This document shows, in pieces, positions 1 to 14,553 of a stretch of 64,000 nucleotides of DNA. Where the stretch lies: NCBI GenBank assembly GCA_002633005.1, contig NMRA01000317.1, positions 144,454 to 208,453 of the forward strand, given 5' to 3'. Source of the DNA: Phoronis australis (taxonomy: Eukaryota > Animalia > Phoronida). Below the pieces are notes generated by a model. The model was given only the letters and a program-made list of their open reading frames with translations, did not search any database and had not been told where the DNA came from. Each line of letters opens with the position of its first letter. The first letter of the stretch is position 1. The position numbers and the translations under genes were made by a program.

Positions 1-3000
1 AGAACTTTATGAGCTTATTAAACTTGACAACAGGTGTCACTAAAAACTAGGTCACATCAGAACTCATGTTAGTAGTACTTAATATGTCTAATTGATATTA
101 AAATCGGCATTGGTATTATTAAAGGAACTTTTGATCTTTTGTTTGCTGCTCTTGGTCTGTCAAATGCTTTGGAGAAATTATGAGATGCATTGGTAGGAAA
201 GCTAAACTTTGAAGTGTCTAAGAAGTAGGTCACACCAGTGCAGTGTGCAGTTTTAAACCATATATAAATACCTCCAGCATGAACATGCTAATGAGTAGAC
301 ACAAAACAATGTCAATAACTGACATTCAACATTTGCGTCGAGTTTGGAATTTATAATGTGGAGAACACTGTTTACCGTATGTTGATTTACTGAAGCAAGC
401 ACAAGCTGTAATTGAATAGTGAGTTTTCACTTTAGGCCGGTGCTCGCTCTCACTTTAGGCGGGTGCTCGCTCTCACATTAGAGGGGCGGTGGGAAATCAA
501 CTGAACAGGCCTCAGTATACAGCTCAGCTGTGAGAGTTGCCAAGATGGAGAACAGAACACTAGCACATACCAGCTGTCAGAAATAGCAGACCATCTGACA
601 TTGGTATGTGGGTGAGATATACCACTATTATGGTGGGAGACCTTGAACACTTGAGCCAGCATTACATGGCATGGGTGGCGCAGCACTAAAAAAGTGGGGC
701 TATAGCCGCCCCACCCCCCCCTCCTCCAGCCCCCTTGTGGAAATGCTTCATGTTACAGTACAATTTGGTATGTAATGACAAGTCCTGAAATTGTTATGAT
801 GACATAAGATAACGCAAGAGAAATTGGAGAAAATTATCAGATGACCAAGAACGCAACAGATGATTATCATATATCTTTCGTTTAATTTCAGTCCTACAAA
901 TTACAAAATAACATCCAAGGTAAGGCACACATTTATACGCTGCCACTAGCAAACACTGCCCCTATTATTTGCATGATACCAAACAGTTTCGGTGTGGAGT
1001 AGGTAATCCATTATTCATAGCCATGAACAAACAGACCCTCAGGAATCAGGGCTGACTGACCTGGTTACCAGCTCCCTGCCCTCTAAGTTACCTCATAACT
1101 ATTGGCAACTTTCCAAAGGTTACAAAATTAGTCATTTATTTAGATCACAACACACAAGATTGATAACAAAAGGCATTATGGCAGTTTTATACATATGTTT
1201 TGACATTCTGCTTAAGTCTTCATCCTCCCAAGCTGAATTAACAATTAGATTTCATTCCACAACTTCTTAATGACATTTTGATGAGGTTTAAACAACTCAA
1301 GTACTAACAATTTAATAAAATGCAGACTTATAGGGAAACACAGGCTCCAATAGCCATCAATATTGTAATGGCAAAACAAAACATGATGATATGGAAAACT
1401 CCAGGTGAGAAAACCAATAAATTGGAGACAGACAGTCGCTGGACTTCGACTATGCGTGGTCGTTTGTCTAGAGACAATTAGCCCAACTCTTTCCTGAGAA
1501 GGACTGAAAAGTAATTATCAAGCTGTTCAGAACAAATATAACTTGCATTTCATATGAGAGTAGCTTGCTTTCTATTGAGCGGATGAAATGGAGGTTTATT
1601 TCACTGATGACTGCCCTAGGCAATGTCTCTGGTGATTTCCTTGCTGTGGACAGGGCCAGTTATAAGTGGAGACAGAGGACAATAGGCATCAATATATGTG
1701 CCAGGGGTAAACGGTGCAGTCACACAACGGCAATGTTGAAAAATACAAACTTTGCTGATTCACCCCTGGAACACACTAACCACCATAAAAATGTAAGTAA
1801 CAACAAACAAAAATCCAGATGTAACTGCTGTCTCTCCATAAAAAACAATACTGAAGTTCATGGGACTCTGACTAATGACATTCTCTAACTCAAGTCCTCC
1901 AGCTGGCGAACGAACATAAAACGCTGACGACTGAAACGCAAATTTCGCCGATCATGCCGAATTTTTACCAAACAATTCCGACTTCTGTCTGTTTACTTCC
2001 TGTTGTAATTTAAGAGTGGCAAATGCATGATTCCCCGAAATCAACGAAACGAATTGTGAATCAAAGGTAATAAATTTAGGAAAACGTTATGCAATTTAAA
2101 GTCTGGAACCCAACACAAACTTTGAAAGGAATTTAAAGGGGATTATTGTCTGAAACTGATACTCGCAGTGGCAGACTTGGCATTTTTTCCAGGTCGCCAA
2201 ACACAATCTGAGGTCACATTGGGGACCTGCAGGTAACCAAATCGAGCGCTGTACAAAGAGACTTCTCTAAAAAGACTGTCTCTTCCACGTTTTAGCTCCC
2301 AAAAGATATGAAACAAACTTAACTTTGGCTAATGAACAGTTTTAATAAAACCTTTGGCAGGAAAGTACTTGCGCTCTCCTACTACTTTTAATTTGAATAC
2401 TGCTTTGTTTATCCAGTTCCCTGGGCGTTTACTCAAATCTACCATTTCAATAAATAACGCCGATTACTAACTTTTGAAAAATCACTTTTTAACACCCACA
2501 CTCATCTTAACACCCTTTCTTATTTTTAAGTTACCCAATTTAAGCGCCCAGAGTGTTAACCTGGACTAGCACAGAATTTACAAAATAAAACAGAATTTCC
2601 AGAGAAATGTTAAAGGCTGAGTTTCTAGAGGGCACCAACAAAATGGCCGACAAAGAATTTTCTTTTCTATGAGCTTTTTACTAAAATAACAAATGCTTAT
2701 TAAGCCGTAAATAACAAAATTGTTTCTAACAATTAAAATATTTGTCAAAATACACAAAATCCCAGAATGAGCTTGAAACACCACATAGCACCATCTCCCA
2801 TTCACCCAACTCTGAGCTTGCCAGCAACTTCCCAACCACATCCCAGCTAAATCAGGCCAAGCCCATGCCTAATGTTAGGTAACAAACAAGCAAGACCATC
2901 TATTAGGTAACATTGCCTCAGGTGAATTAGGTAATACATGACAGGCTAAAGCCTGTGTTCTTATATAACCAAGGTCTACCTAGCAGGAGACTATATATTA

Positions 3001-6000
3001 TTACTAAGAAGTGAGTAAACAAGAATTCCAGACAAAACTGCTAAACAAGTCTACTTCATCCAATAGCTGTCTCCCATTAACACCCCAGCTTCCATTGGTC
3101 TTGGATCAAAGTTAAAAACCCAAGTTGCAGTAAACAGGTGGATTTAACATTGAAGTTATCAGATGTCACAGTCAGCCATGTTGCATTAAAACTTAGTAAA
3201 TATTTTATTCAATTATTTACCATAGGTTTAAGTTTTCTAAATATGTACTCGACTCTTCATGTTTAAAAATCACATACATTATCGGGTTTTACAGATGAGA
3301 AATGCATTTTTGGATTACGGTATCAGTAGACGGGATAAAATTTCTGGAAGTTATCAGCTTCAACCAGAGCAATAAAGCAACAGAAAGGCTTTTGTGATTT
3401 TATTACAAATCGCCAATTCTCACCAGTTGTCTGGCGGACATTTGCTGAAATCAAGGTAGGTGTCTACCATTTGAATACTCTTAAAATGTTCTGCTACTTA
3501 TCACATGGGACTTGGCCCAGCGCAACAACGTTTGGCTGCTACTACGAAGCTACTGGGTTGGATTCCACATTGCTGGTAATTCCGGTTAGATTACTTTACT
3601 TGCCCACAATGATATGCAAAAGCACACAAACTATGGACCACTGGATCCCGAAGGAGATATCAGGTCATATTGACAACCGCGCACGAGTGTCTGTGTAAGT
3701 CAGCCGTAAGGCTACAAAAGCGCTGGCAAAAATGCCACCACATTTGAGTTAACTGAAAGCACCAGCGAATCACATTATTGGCGTTTTTGCTTTGAAACTG
3801 CATGCAAAAATGCTTGCTTCCATGAATGGGTTATCAGAATCAGTGCAGTTGCAAGACATCCCTAGAACACAGCACACTACTTCATAATGGAAAAACCTCC
3901 TCTATTTTAACCCATAGCTACACCAAGGTCCCCCCCCCCCAGTTCCTGTGTTATCAGCTCAAAAGATTTACCACAAAGCAGTAATCCTGTCTGCAGACAC
4001 TCTAATTGCAAGAGGGGAAACACTCTGAATTTGGACAATGGTCAAGCTGACAGCAATTTGAATGGCTGTCAATAAATGACACAGAGTGACTTGAACTGTA
4101 AGGGACAACTGGCTGACCACTGTGTAAATAGGCTCCATTCAAGACAGCCACTTCAACTGGTTGTCCTAGCCATAACACAGGAGGGTACAGGTGTCAGACA
4201 AATCCAGTGATGTACCTGGCCACGCAAGATTTCAGTTCACCATATTTGCCTGGGTTAACGCCCATGTTCATCTCACTCCCAATCAAGAGTGCTTCCGTGG
4301 AAGTGACGGAGTCTTTGTGAACGTCCCTCTCATCAGAACTTAAGTTTGTAAAAAGTTCTCAACTTGTTCAAGTTTGAGTAACAATCAGTCCTTTTCACCG
4401 TAACTTTGCCTTATTCACAGATGGAAATTACGTGTACTTTCACCCCCCTCTCTTTAGTGAAGGAGACGTGAAATGTTTCCTTTGGCTCATGCTTATTCTA
4501 ATATTGCCTTACCAGAGTGCAGAAAACTAAGAGCTTCTTGCTGATTTAAAAGCGACCAAAACAATTACTAACAAGCATTTCTATGTTTATCTTTTCAGGT
4601 AAAATTGGCAACACCACAGACATCTTAGCTAACAATATGCTGAACTCAACACTTCAAGCACTTGAGAGCAGCATCGAAATACACCCTGGCCCGGTGGCCC
4701 GGGGCCAGTGGATTTGTGGCCAGGCCAGTAAACTTTCACATATAGGCCTATTAATAAGGTCTCATATTGAAGTAACTGGCCCGGCAGGCCAACACATTTG
4801 CCGAAGCTCGAACAATGCTTGAGAAGAATAAAGCCGAGGTCAAGTGCCACATGCCAGACAATTAATAAGGAAAGGGTCAGCTAAGTACATAAGAAATCCA
4901 GCAATGATACAGGTCAGTCACCACAACATTGACTGACCAACAACATTGTTTTAACTACGTTTCAAACAAGAATCCGCATATGCTGCTAAAATGAATCACA
5001 GATGGCAGAAAAGAAAAGTCATGCTCGGCCTGGATTCAGGTTATTTCCAAGGATTCTAAGAAAATGAGTGAAAACAACCAGCAATCATGGAACGGCACAT
5101 TGAAATGACTGAATAACTAGAGTGGACCTGCTGTGCATTTAGCTGTGTACCAGCTGCTAAGCTAGCTAACACTAAAGCATATTACTAGCATAAAATCAAT
5201 ATCTCCCAAACCACTAATGACATGAACTGACTGACCACTGGCAGCAAACCACAGACAGCATACTACAATACAGTTCAGGAGTATTGACCTAAGGTTAATA
5301 CCCCACATGGGGAGGGAGAGTTTTGGGTCAATACTCAAAATTAATAATAACTTTGAATGGCATACATAGTTGACAAAATGGACAAATACTGCAAAGCTAC
5401 AAAAACTAAAATCTTTCCTTCCCCAGAAGTCAAAGCACACACAAATATCGATATTAGTCCAGTGAACTATAAGTCTGTGGACAGAAAAAAACGCCCAGTT
5501 CAAGGGCAGAAAACAGAAAAATGGGATATTTGTCACACAAAATACCTTAAAGACCTGATCGCGTTATGATTTCAACAGTTATTATGGCGTGAAACATGTT
5601 ATAATGAAGTCACTCCTACCTAACGGGTAATCTTAAAAAACAGTAGGTGAAAAATTCATAAAAATCTGAACTTGTCACGATCTAGAGCCAAAGTGAAATT
5701 CGATTGAATAACATGACCGACCATTCGTGACTGGGCTAGGTGTGTTACACAAGGAGTAAAACTTGACATACACATCGCAACAAGCGTGCAAAATGGATTG
5801 ATAACAAGTCAGTAAAACTGTTATACACTAATAATATTCTGACAACTAGCGAAAACCTCGAAAATTTGAGTGGAAAAAAATCAAGACAAACATAAGCTTA
5901 CGTAAGCAACGAAAGGGAAGAACCTGGGCAAAGACAGACAGTGGTTTTAGCAGAATAAAATCACCCATTATTACAGTGGCATTGACAAGCAAGTTTTTAT

Positions 6001-7732
6001 CATATGGAGACATAAAATCCTGAAATTTGCACAAAATTTTAATTCAGTACATAGATTTGAAATTTTCCACTGAATTCTCTGACAACTTTACCCAACTTAG
6101 CTTGAACAGTGCAATGATCCATCTAGTCCTTAGAATACTACTACTGGCAAACATGAAAAAATAGGTTTTAGAGCTCTTTTTCAAAAAGATTCATCATTTT
6201 ATTTAAAGATGAGCATACACCTGCAAGTGCCTTCTGCATTTTGCATTATATTCAGGTTCTCAGTCACTTTCATACATACATCCACATCTGTCACAGCACC
6301 ACTAGCACGGAAAACTGATCGGGTGCAAGTGTGTGCGCGTAAACACGACTGACACGGAGCAAGTAGACACTGCAGCAGCCGTTTTGACACCGGTTTGAGA
6401 AGGAGAGTGAGTTGCACCCGATCAGTTGCTCCAGTTTCAACTACATGTCTAAACACAACTGGGGCAGAGTAGAAAGGGATCATCTTTCAATGCGCTTGCA
6501 AAATAGCATACCATATATACGGGTGATCCGCTGGCATTCCACATGGTTTGGACACTCACTATTGTTCATGCGACCACGCACATACAGTCTTCGTGCAAGT
6601 GACTCATGCTGATCCAGTTCGCGATATAATGTCATGTAAACTGAACTAGAGTGGAGCAAGTCGCGCCGTGACAACTGTCTCTAGTGCAAAAAGCGGCTTA
6701 AGAGTCATTTACACCGTATTTTCTATAAGTTAAGTCTCGATTATCACACAAACCACATTAAAATGGTTACATAAACGTATGTAGGGAACAACAAAACACA
6801 AAACTGATCTTTAGGCCTTAAGACCCTAAAGTCATGATGTACTTACCAAAAATACAAAACTTTATATAATGAAAAACAAAAACCCAAAATGATAAAACAC
6901 ATTTAGCATTTCACACATGGCATCCAACAGATTCTGTCATACGGTTTCCTGAAACAAATACATGGAGATATTTTGCTCTCCATCAAAAACTGATTGCCAA
7001 ACATTGTAAAATAGCCACATCCTGTATTGACTGATAAATTCAATTCAACAATTGTAATACGTCATTAGACAGAGTAGTATTCACGGTAGATAATAATATC
7101 TAAGTATCGTCAGAGCTGCTTAGATTTCAAAGTGCTGTAACACCCATACGCAGCCCATGGTTACTGGTGCTGTGCAACATAACTTTAAGTTGAAACAACC
7201 AGCCGTTTAACTGTGGTGCACGCTGTGCAAACCAGGGACCAGTTTTTAAGTTAGGCGAGGGAAATTTATACCGAGTTTTTCAGAAGGGAAATGTGACCAA
7301 CATTCGACACCAGAATCGAGGCATCGAGGGTTTTTCAAGCTGTTTTTGACTGTGAATGATGAACAGAGAAATAATAAAGACGTAATAAAGACAAATTTGT
7401 GTTTTGACACTTTTTGAGGATTGAGATATACACACTGTCCACCTCAGCTAAACCTACAAGAAGAATTTATTGTTCACATAAACTTATTACTTTAACGTTA
7501 AAAATTCCATTATACATCCACCAAATACTGCAGTTCTATTAAATCTCCACTCTATGGCTTGGAGACAACAGGCTAGTATACCCCACTACTGTGTACGCAA
7601 CAAAAATGTGCACTGCATTCATCCAAATTCATCTTCATGTACAACCAGACACATGTCTACGTCTTCTTCATCTCAATACGTTGGTACATAAAAATTTGAA
7701 AAAAAAAACTCCCGTAGTCAAACTTTTTTCGG

Positions 7733-7847
7733 GCAGTCCCAAATTGGCAACTGGCCATTTATAACACTGCAAGTGCTCCTGGTGTGCGCAGTAAAAATAG
7801 GAGGGCATACCGTGTTAAAAATGGCCAGTTGTCGATCTGGGCAACTA
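7733..7847. mobile_element. Small inverted-repeat element
   Basis: CCCAAATTGGCAACTGGCCATTTATAACAC is inverted as GTGTTAAAAATGGCCAGTTGTCGATCTGGG. Confidence 0.55.
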
Positions 7848-8446
7848 CTGAGTGAAGGACTGATTACGGAAGTATTTGTAACAGAAGGAAGGAAATAAAG
7901 ACATCGACGGCCTCCAGAGGGGTCCCTCTATGCGCAAAAGGTACTTATAACAACGTGACTTTGCCGTTTTAATCAGTGCGAGGCATAAATAGCCGAAAAG
8001 CTTCCAACGTATGAAGCGTCTATAGGTAGCTTCACCGCCACAATAGCCCGTAGAAACGGTAGCACTGCATAACCTGACAACAGCAATGCAGACCACTTAA
8101 TACTTATTTACAGACTTCTAAGGTATCTACAGCAGACCAGCCTAAACGTTTTCCCTATGTCTGCGACCAAACAACAAGCTCAATCTCGGTGACTGACCTG
8201 TAGGAAGATAAAATTGATGGGTACTCAAACCCATTCAATTTTTTCCCACTCTCAGTAGCATCACAAAAATCTCATCCCATCTCCATCAAGATTTTGACAT
8301 TGACGCAGCGAATAATTAGGAGCCACCTGCCCTCCACTTATGTTGACCCATTGGCATGTTTTGCATATGACACTAAAATGCAATTACTCAGCTCTCTCAG
8401 AAAAGCAAGGCCTACAAAATGTAGAACAAGTCAAATGATAACTTAC

Positions 8447-9355
8447 GTCTTTGCGTTTGAATTTGCTCATGAAGTCAAACCGTGCCTTCATCTGATCCAG
8501 CAAATCCTGCAATCTCTCCTCGTGCTCCTGACACTTAACCAATAGCAAGTAAGATCTCCAGTTTGCGGAGTCGAACCCCCAGTGGCATGTACGATTTTCT
8601 TGGCATTTGTGCGAGTGACAAACGAACTTCTGCGGCGTGAACATTCCATGACAATCGTGACATTCAATGCATTTGGCATAGGGACTCACATATAGTTCCG
8701 GGGTGAACATGCCTTTGCATTTACCAAAACACTCATGATATACTCTGAAACTGTTCGAGGTAGGGGGTTCCCGCTGAGTGTGTTCAGATTTCCCATACAA
8801 CAGGGCGCTGCACAATCTCTCTGCGTCTGTTTTGGTGATCAGTCCGCAACTTGGTGCAGAAATTGGCAACACACCAGTAACCTTCAAAATCTCTAACTGC
8901 TCTGGGTTACATCTTGAACAGTAAATATGCAAATCGTCGCACACACTGTTGATCTGATTGAGAGAGAAATCTCTCAAAACAGTGTTCAAAATCTGAGGCA
9001 AACACAATCGCTTTTCACCTCCGACTACGAAACACGCAATTGTTTCGTTCTCAAGAATTGTCTCCGTTTTCTCAACTCTGGGGGCATCCATCGGAGTTAA
9101 AATTGGCATGTGCTGAACAGGGAACGATGTCACAGTCTTTTCGCTCGAAATCGGAGATTTATTTTCAGTCTGTTTATGGAAGATAGACAAGGCTTTGCGG
9201 TATTCCTCCAAATCGAGAGTTCCCATTTTTGTCGGATCGGACCAAGCCGAAACATAGCAACTTGGTCCACTCAAACTCCGCGTAGCAGCTGTTTGATAAC
9301 TCTTCAGAACCTTTTCCAGATGTGGGTTAAAGTTTTCTGGCAACATCGAATCCAT
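8447..9355 (-). CDS. SKI: Ski/Sno (SKI/SKIL-like) transcriptional co-repressor, first large coding exon (303 codons); later exons not found in the window
   Basis: The ORF carries an N-terminal Smad2/3-binding-like motif ([19 protein letters not shown]), the Ski/Sno DHD ([21 protein letters not shown]...[13 protein letters not shown]) and the SAND-like Smad4-binding domain ([11 protein letters not shown]...FVCHSH...[15 protein letters not shown]). A GTAAGT donor at 8446-8441 ends the exon in phase 0 after KRKD. Confidence 0.95.
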
Positions 9356-9459
9356 TTTAGCCCTAATTGCGGCTCTAAATCGGAATAGACTCCCAACGTT
9401 TACATGTGACTACTCGCTCATACAGCTGAATACAGAACTGCCTCCCTGTCGTCTAGTCG

Positions 9460-9960
9460 ACTAATTTGCATAAGCGTGCTTGCCGATGTTCTATCAATCA
9501 GGCAGTCACCCCTGTTTTGGCTGCTGCTTCATGGAAAAACTAGGGTCCTTTAAAGTTCGTTAAATGTATAAAAAATTCGCTTACTATTGTTCTTAATCAT
9601 TATGCAAATACTCATGCAATCACTTTGCTTTTAAACCCATGTATTACAAATTTAAAGCGGCACGATCATGCCTGTTTACCCGTCTGTTTATCCATCGTCT
9701 GATCTCATGCCCGCCTTTACGCAGACTGTCGCCATTCTGTTTGCCTCCCTACACTATAATTATTTGTTTTGTCTGGTGACGTCAAACAGATGCCATTCAG
9801 AAAGCCTGAAGCAGAAGACTGCATCCGCCAAGGGAGACCAACGGAGTCGAGTCTGGAGGCTTTTCACCTTGGGGAATTCCATGATTTGTGAAAGCATCTC
9901 CATGTCAAGAATATCTTTAAAACGAGGAAACAAAGAGATGCGCTCGAAAACAGACCTCTA
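9460..9960 (-). promoter_or_regulatory. Putative Ski/Sno promoter: octamer sites, CRE and a Smad-element cluster
   Basis: ATTTGCAT at 9464, ATGCAAAT at 9602, TGACGTCA at 9777-9784, eight GTCT/AGAC boxes in 9682-9955, and TGTTTAC/TGTTTAT Fox-like sites at 9673 and 9685. Confidence 0.45.
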
Positions 9961-12390
9961 TCAAGCGGAAAAATAAGAAAATGATAAAAAAATGGTAATT
10001 ACATGAAAGTTATAACTCAACACAATTAGATTTTTTTATTCCTGCTTTGTAGTTTCCCGCAAACATATTGGTCTTCTCAACGAAATTAAGTAAAAAATCC
10101 TAAAATTCTGGGAAAATTTGAACAGTAATTTAGTTTTCGGAATCTGAAACTGAAACTTTGTTTTCCGTCAGAATTCGACGAAAACAGAAAATCATCTTCC
10201 TCAAGCCTTATATTGAAGGAAGTACATCACAATTTTTTTAATAGATTGGTGAAAAAATCGATGCTCGTTTCCAGAGCACATGTTGCTGAAGTAAGCGCTA
10301 CCTATTGATTGTAAGTACGAACTATACATAAAGTGCGATCAGGGAAATATTTACTGGTTACATTCGGGGAGGTTGGTAGTGACCGGGTGAAGGCGCTGCT
10401 TTTGCTAAGCCAGAACCTCTCAGATCATTCAATACAATTTATACATAAGGCGGATTTTGAAGGAGGACTACATTTACTAAATAACTCAATGACGTGTATA
10501 TATAGGCACACAGGTCGCTTAGGTCCCCCTATGGACGCCACCAAAAAACACCATCGGGATGTCGTTCATTAAGGGCTATGTGGATACCCCCTACGACGTC
10601 CTAGATCCGTCAATGATATCGTGGTGCTCGTTTACGGGCATCTAATTTTGTAGATAATTTGAATAATTTAGCAGCGAACCTCTTGAAAACAGGTATCAAC
10701 GCATGACCTGTTGTATACATGCAAATCGTCAAGCGACAACGCTGTCGTGCGTTTAATAAATTATGTCAAAATATTTTTTGTATGCATATGTATTTATGTA
10801 CGTATATATGTATGTATGCATGCATGTATGCACGTATGTACGTACGTACGCACGGCACCTTCTACAACGTCTCACTTTATTATCTTTATTGTTTTTGTTT
10901 TATTTCTTATATTATATGAATTAAATAATATTACTTATTTTATATCGCCATTTGTTCCGTGACTTTTATTTATTGTTATATATATTCATAAGCGGTCCCT
11001 ACGGGAAAACAATAAGTTTTATTGAACTGGCTATCCCAAAGACTTCACTCACAGGTAAAATCTGTTGTCTGTCGTATTCAGTGACAGGATAATACGACCA
11101 AAGCTTTTTTCGGTTTTAAAGTTACAGTCAATTGTTCTACTTTTGATTTGGACGCGATTGTGCTCAAAGAATGGCCCGGTGTTACCAGGCGTGTCAGAAA
11201 CACGAAAATAATTCTGACTACAGAGTTAAAACAATGATTTAATATGTTAGCGATGAACTCGGTCTAACCAATATGGTTCTGCATACAACTGAACTTAGAT
11301 GGAGACTCGAGAATATCACTACAAATTTTTCAAAACTTTGGTCTCCTGAACGAACTTGGGGAACTCTGCATGCGCCCATATCTCTGACCAAACCCGCCGT
11401 TGTCCGGGTATAGGATAATCCTTTTTGAAAGTAAATCTTTGTTTTCATGCCGATTTTTCAATGCAAGACCAAACATAATATCTGACATTCGCCGTGATTT
11501 GCAAATAAATTGTGATTATATTTTCTATATATTTCTTCTATTTGATGCAACAAATTCCAGAAAACATTCGTCAAACAATACAACACTTGCTGAATTTTAA
11601 TCAGTAGGCGTGACATGAAAAGAGAAAATGTGGCGATTATATACAGTCGTAGGATTCATTTACGTTGAATCACAAGAGCCAAATTTCCCTAAAGATGATT
11701 TTAGAATTGTAAGAAAGCGCAACTCAAACCTTGTTCATTACACATTTTCGTCAGGCGAGTTTCATTTTCTACCTCTATTTTGTGAATTTTAATACGAATC
11801 ATGAAAATTAGACGTTAATTTATGTAGAAGACTGGAAGCTCATTTAGTTCAAAATTTTACAAAGTTTTTATGTATGAATAAACAGGAGTATTTAAATCCC
11901 TTTGAGGTTTTAAAATTCACCGAAGCTTTAAGATGTACGTGTTATAGACAAATGTTGGCGTCAGATATTTACACGGACCGCAATGAAAATATTAAGTCTT
12001 GATTTTTTATGTTATTCGTGTCTTGCACTTGTACTTTTATTTTTTGTCTTGTGTATTTATGTTTTTCTTTTATTTCTCTGTACTTGTGTGATTATAATTT
12101 ATTATTGTTGTTGTTATTGTTCTTACTGTATTACCATCTCGCAGGGTTGATTGCGCGACTAGGATTTCACTGGTGAACAAATGTTATCAAAATTAATACG
12201 TTTTTGAAAATAAGTGCGGATTAATTTTACATTAGATGTGTTTCCTTTCAGCATACATTTGGTACACCTTAGAATAAAGTAGACTTAGCGGAGAAAAGTA
12301 GTGTTTTAGCATAATTTTAAGGTTTGTGCCATCAGTATATTATTAGGAGGCATCCTTATTTCCAAGGGTTATTTTCAATAATGCAAGTTA

Positions 12391-12451
12391 GGGCCAGCGG
12401 AGAGGGGGCCAGCGGAGAGGGGGCCAGCGGAGAGGGAGCCAGTGGAGAGGG
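12391..12451. repeat. 15-bp G-rich tandem repeat x4
   Basis: Unit GGGCCAGCGGAGAGG. Confidence 0.85.
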
Positions 12452-12481
12452 AAAGTTACGAGATCAACTGGCAGTCTTTTA

Positions 12482-12726
12482 CATGCGCGCACCCAGCCTT
12501 CAATATGGGGAGGGGGCTCGATTCCATGATGTTGTGGACCTTTTGCTAACAAAAGAACAGGCGGACTAAAAAAAACGGGAATAGCACTGTGAACTGCGCG
12601 TTTGCGCTTATTTAGTGGGCTTTTAGTCCCACTTTCTCGGACTTTTTGTCTCTCGGGGGCGGACCTTTTTGCCCACTTCACCAAATGGGGGGCTCATTCG
12701 AGCCCCCCCCCCCGGGTGCGCGCATG
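12482..12726. mobile_element. hAT-like MITE
   Basis: 13 bp TIR CATGCGCGCACCC with internal G/C runs. No TSD is evident. Confidence 0.55.
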
Positions 12727-14553
12727 TTTTGAGTGAAAGTTAGCTGAGCTCAGAGTCCATCTAGGCGTGAACAGTTCTGACACGCCTACGAAGTTATTGA
12801 TACTCGCCTTGGACTTTAATGTCCGCCGGGTGAATTAGGTCTATAAGGGCTCAAAAAACGTAAACACCACGACCGTCCTCCATCTTGGCCCACTAACATG
12901 CGTCGCTAAAAACATCAGAAAGATGTTTTTCGATGAGATTTGGACACGTAGACCTACAGTGCAGATTAACTGTTTACGAAGATGGGAGGGGTACTTCGGA
13001 ACAAACAACCTTAAAATAAAAAACGCCTTCCTAAAGTTTCGCAAATATGTCCGTTTCTTCATAAGTCTATGCTGGCAACAAAATTTCTGTTAGCAAGTGA
13101 TATTAAACACTCCGCTGTTTTTCTGGATTCTAACTTTCTCAGGTTCGCACTCGCTGGGAACGACACACGGCGCTCTCATGCATATAGGCAAACGAAGCTG
13201 CGCGATATTCATTGTGAAAAAGAAGCGAACATAAAGACATAAATACAAAATACTTCATTTAATTCTGGATCTTTGACCGGAACATCGGCCATCGTCAGAG
13301 TAGGAAGTCTGAATAACGGGCGCGAAAACTTAGGCCTATATTAGAAAGGTGTGGAAACTACCAACTTGGAGGCAGAGACTCCTGTTAGGTACTAGGGGGC
13401 CTACAAAGTTAAGACTAACGAAGTTTTGCATGAATTTCAGGATGCGTTCTTGCCCTCTGTGTCGGGTTCCGACTAGGGCTATCAGATTTAAAGGCATTAC
13501 CAGTACAGGATCGATCAACAATGGACTAGATTGATATCTGGATTTAGCCTCTAGCTAAGAACGAGTAAGTGACTGGTTCCTAGCCTCTAGGAAACCGATG
13601 TCGTCCAGAGTTGAAACCAGGCGGGAGGTTTCTTTAATATTCTTTTGTTCCTTGGACAGCCAGTCCACAAAAAATGTATATCCTAACTAGGACCCTAGTA
13701 AACCAGATCCAAAATAATGAGGGATCTGCATTTGTACTATCGTAACATCAAAGATTGGTGCGTTCTCTTTAAAGAACCCAATATATTCCACATGTGTTAA
13801 CCACACAATTATCATACCACTACACAAAGAACCTTTGTCAGAATGTACAAAAGGCCAGGTAGTCATGCCTCGAGGATACACCTGTTGCTCTACATAAACA
13901 GCTCAAGTTAACTCTTACGGTACAACTTACACTACGTTACACGCAAAGATTTTCGGAGAAAATACACCATAAGTAGGACTGCAAACCTTCAAAAGTGTTA
14001 CCTCAGTCAGTTCATAGGCGGTTGTGGCAATACGCTAGACTATTTAAGCAGATTTATCAATTTCAATGAAATAACAAATTGAAATATATTATAAATAAAC
14101 TTCGAAACCGCGCCTGGGTTTCATTGTAAGGTAATGATAACATTATTTATTCATGTGGAAATGAAATGATAATAGAATATTGTGTTTATGTCAAACCTTA
14201 AGAACAGTTAACAATGAACTGCAATGGCTTAGTGCTCTTGTCATTGGCTGACTTGAACTAGACCATAGGAAGTTTTGGCGAAGTGACAGGACTTCTAAAA
14301 AGTTTCATACAAAAAGGGCTTTATGGAAGATGAAAACGTATAAATATTGCGGAATGACTCAAAAACGTTTTTCCGGATATGCTCTTTCTCAAGTTTTAAG
14401 TTATATCTACAAGGCTGCATAACGAAATTTTGACACATTTTATAGAGGAACAGGGAAAAACCGCGAGCCGTTTGGGCCTTCTTTGATTAGTTTCTATTAT
14501 CGACACTAGAGTACTGCAAAATCGTTAACTTTGAACTTCACTTCCGAAACCAG

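Noticed and set aside
430-478. GTGCTCGCT as a U6 snRNA 5' end
   Set aside because: Only a short local duplication; the rest of U6 is absent.
1924-1937. CTGACGA-CT-GAAAC hammerhead-like core
   Set aside because: No stem II and no convincing flanking helices.
8384-8446. C-terminal 20 aa of the 323-aa Ski ORF
   Set aside because: Read-through into the intron past the GTAAGT donor.
1-8446. Short ORFs as downstream Ski exons or nested genes
   Set aside because: None shows a recognisable domain together with compatible splice sites; treated as intron.
12324-12684. ORFs with ASGEG / RWPPL repeats
   Set aside because: Produced by a 15-bp repeat next to a MITE.
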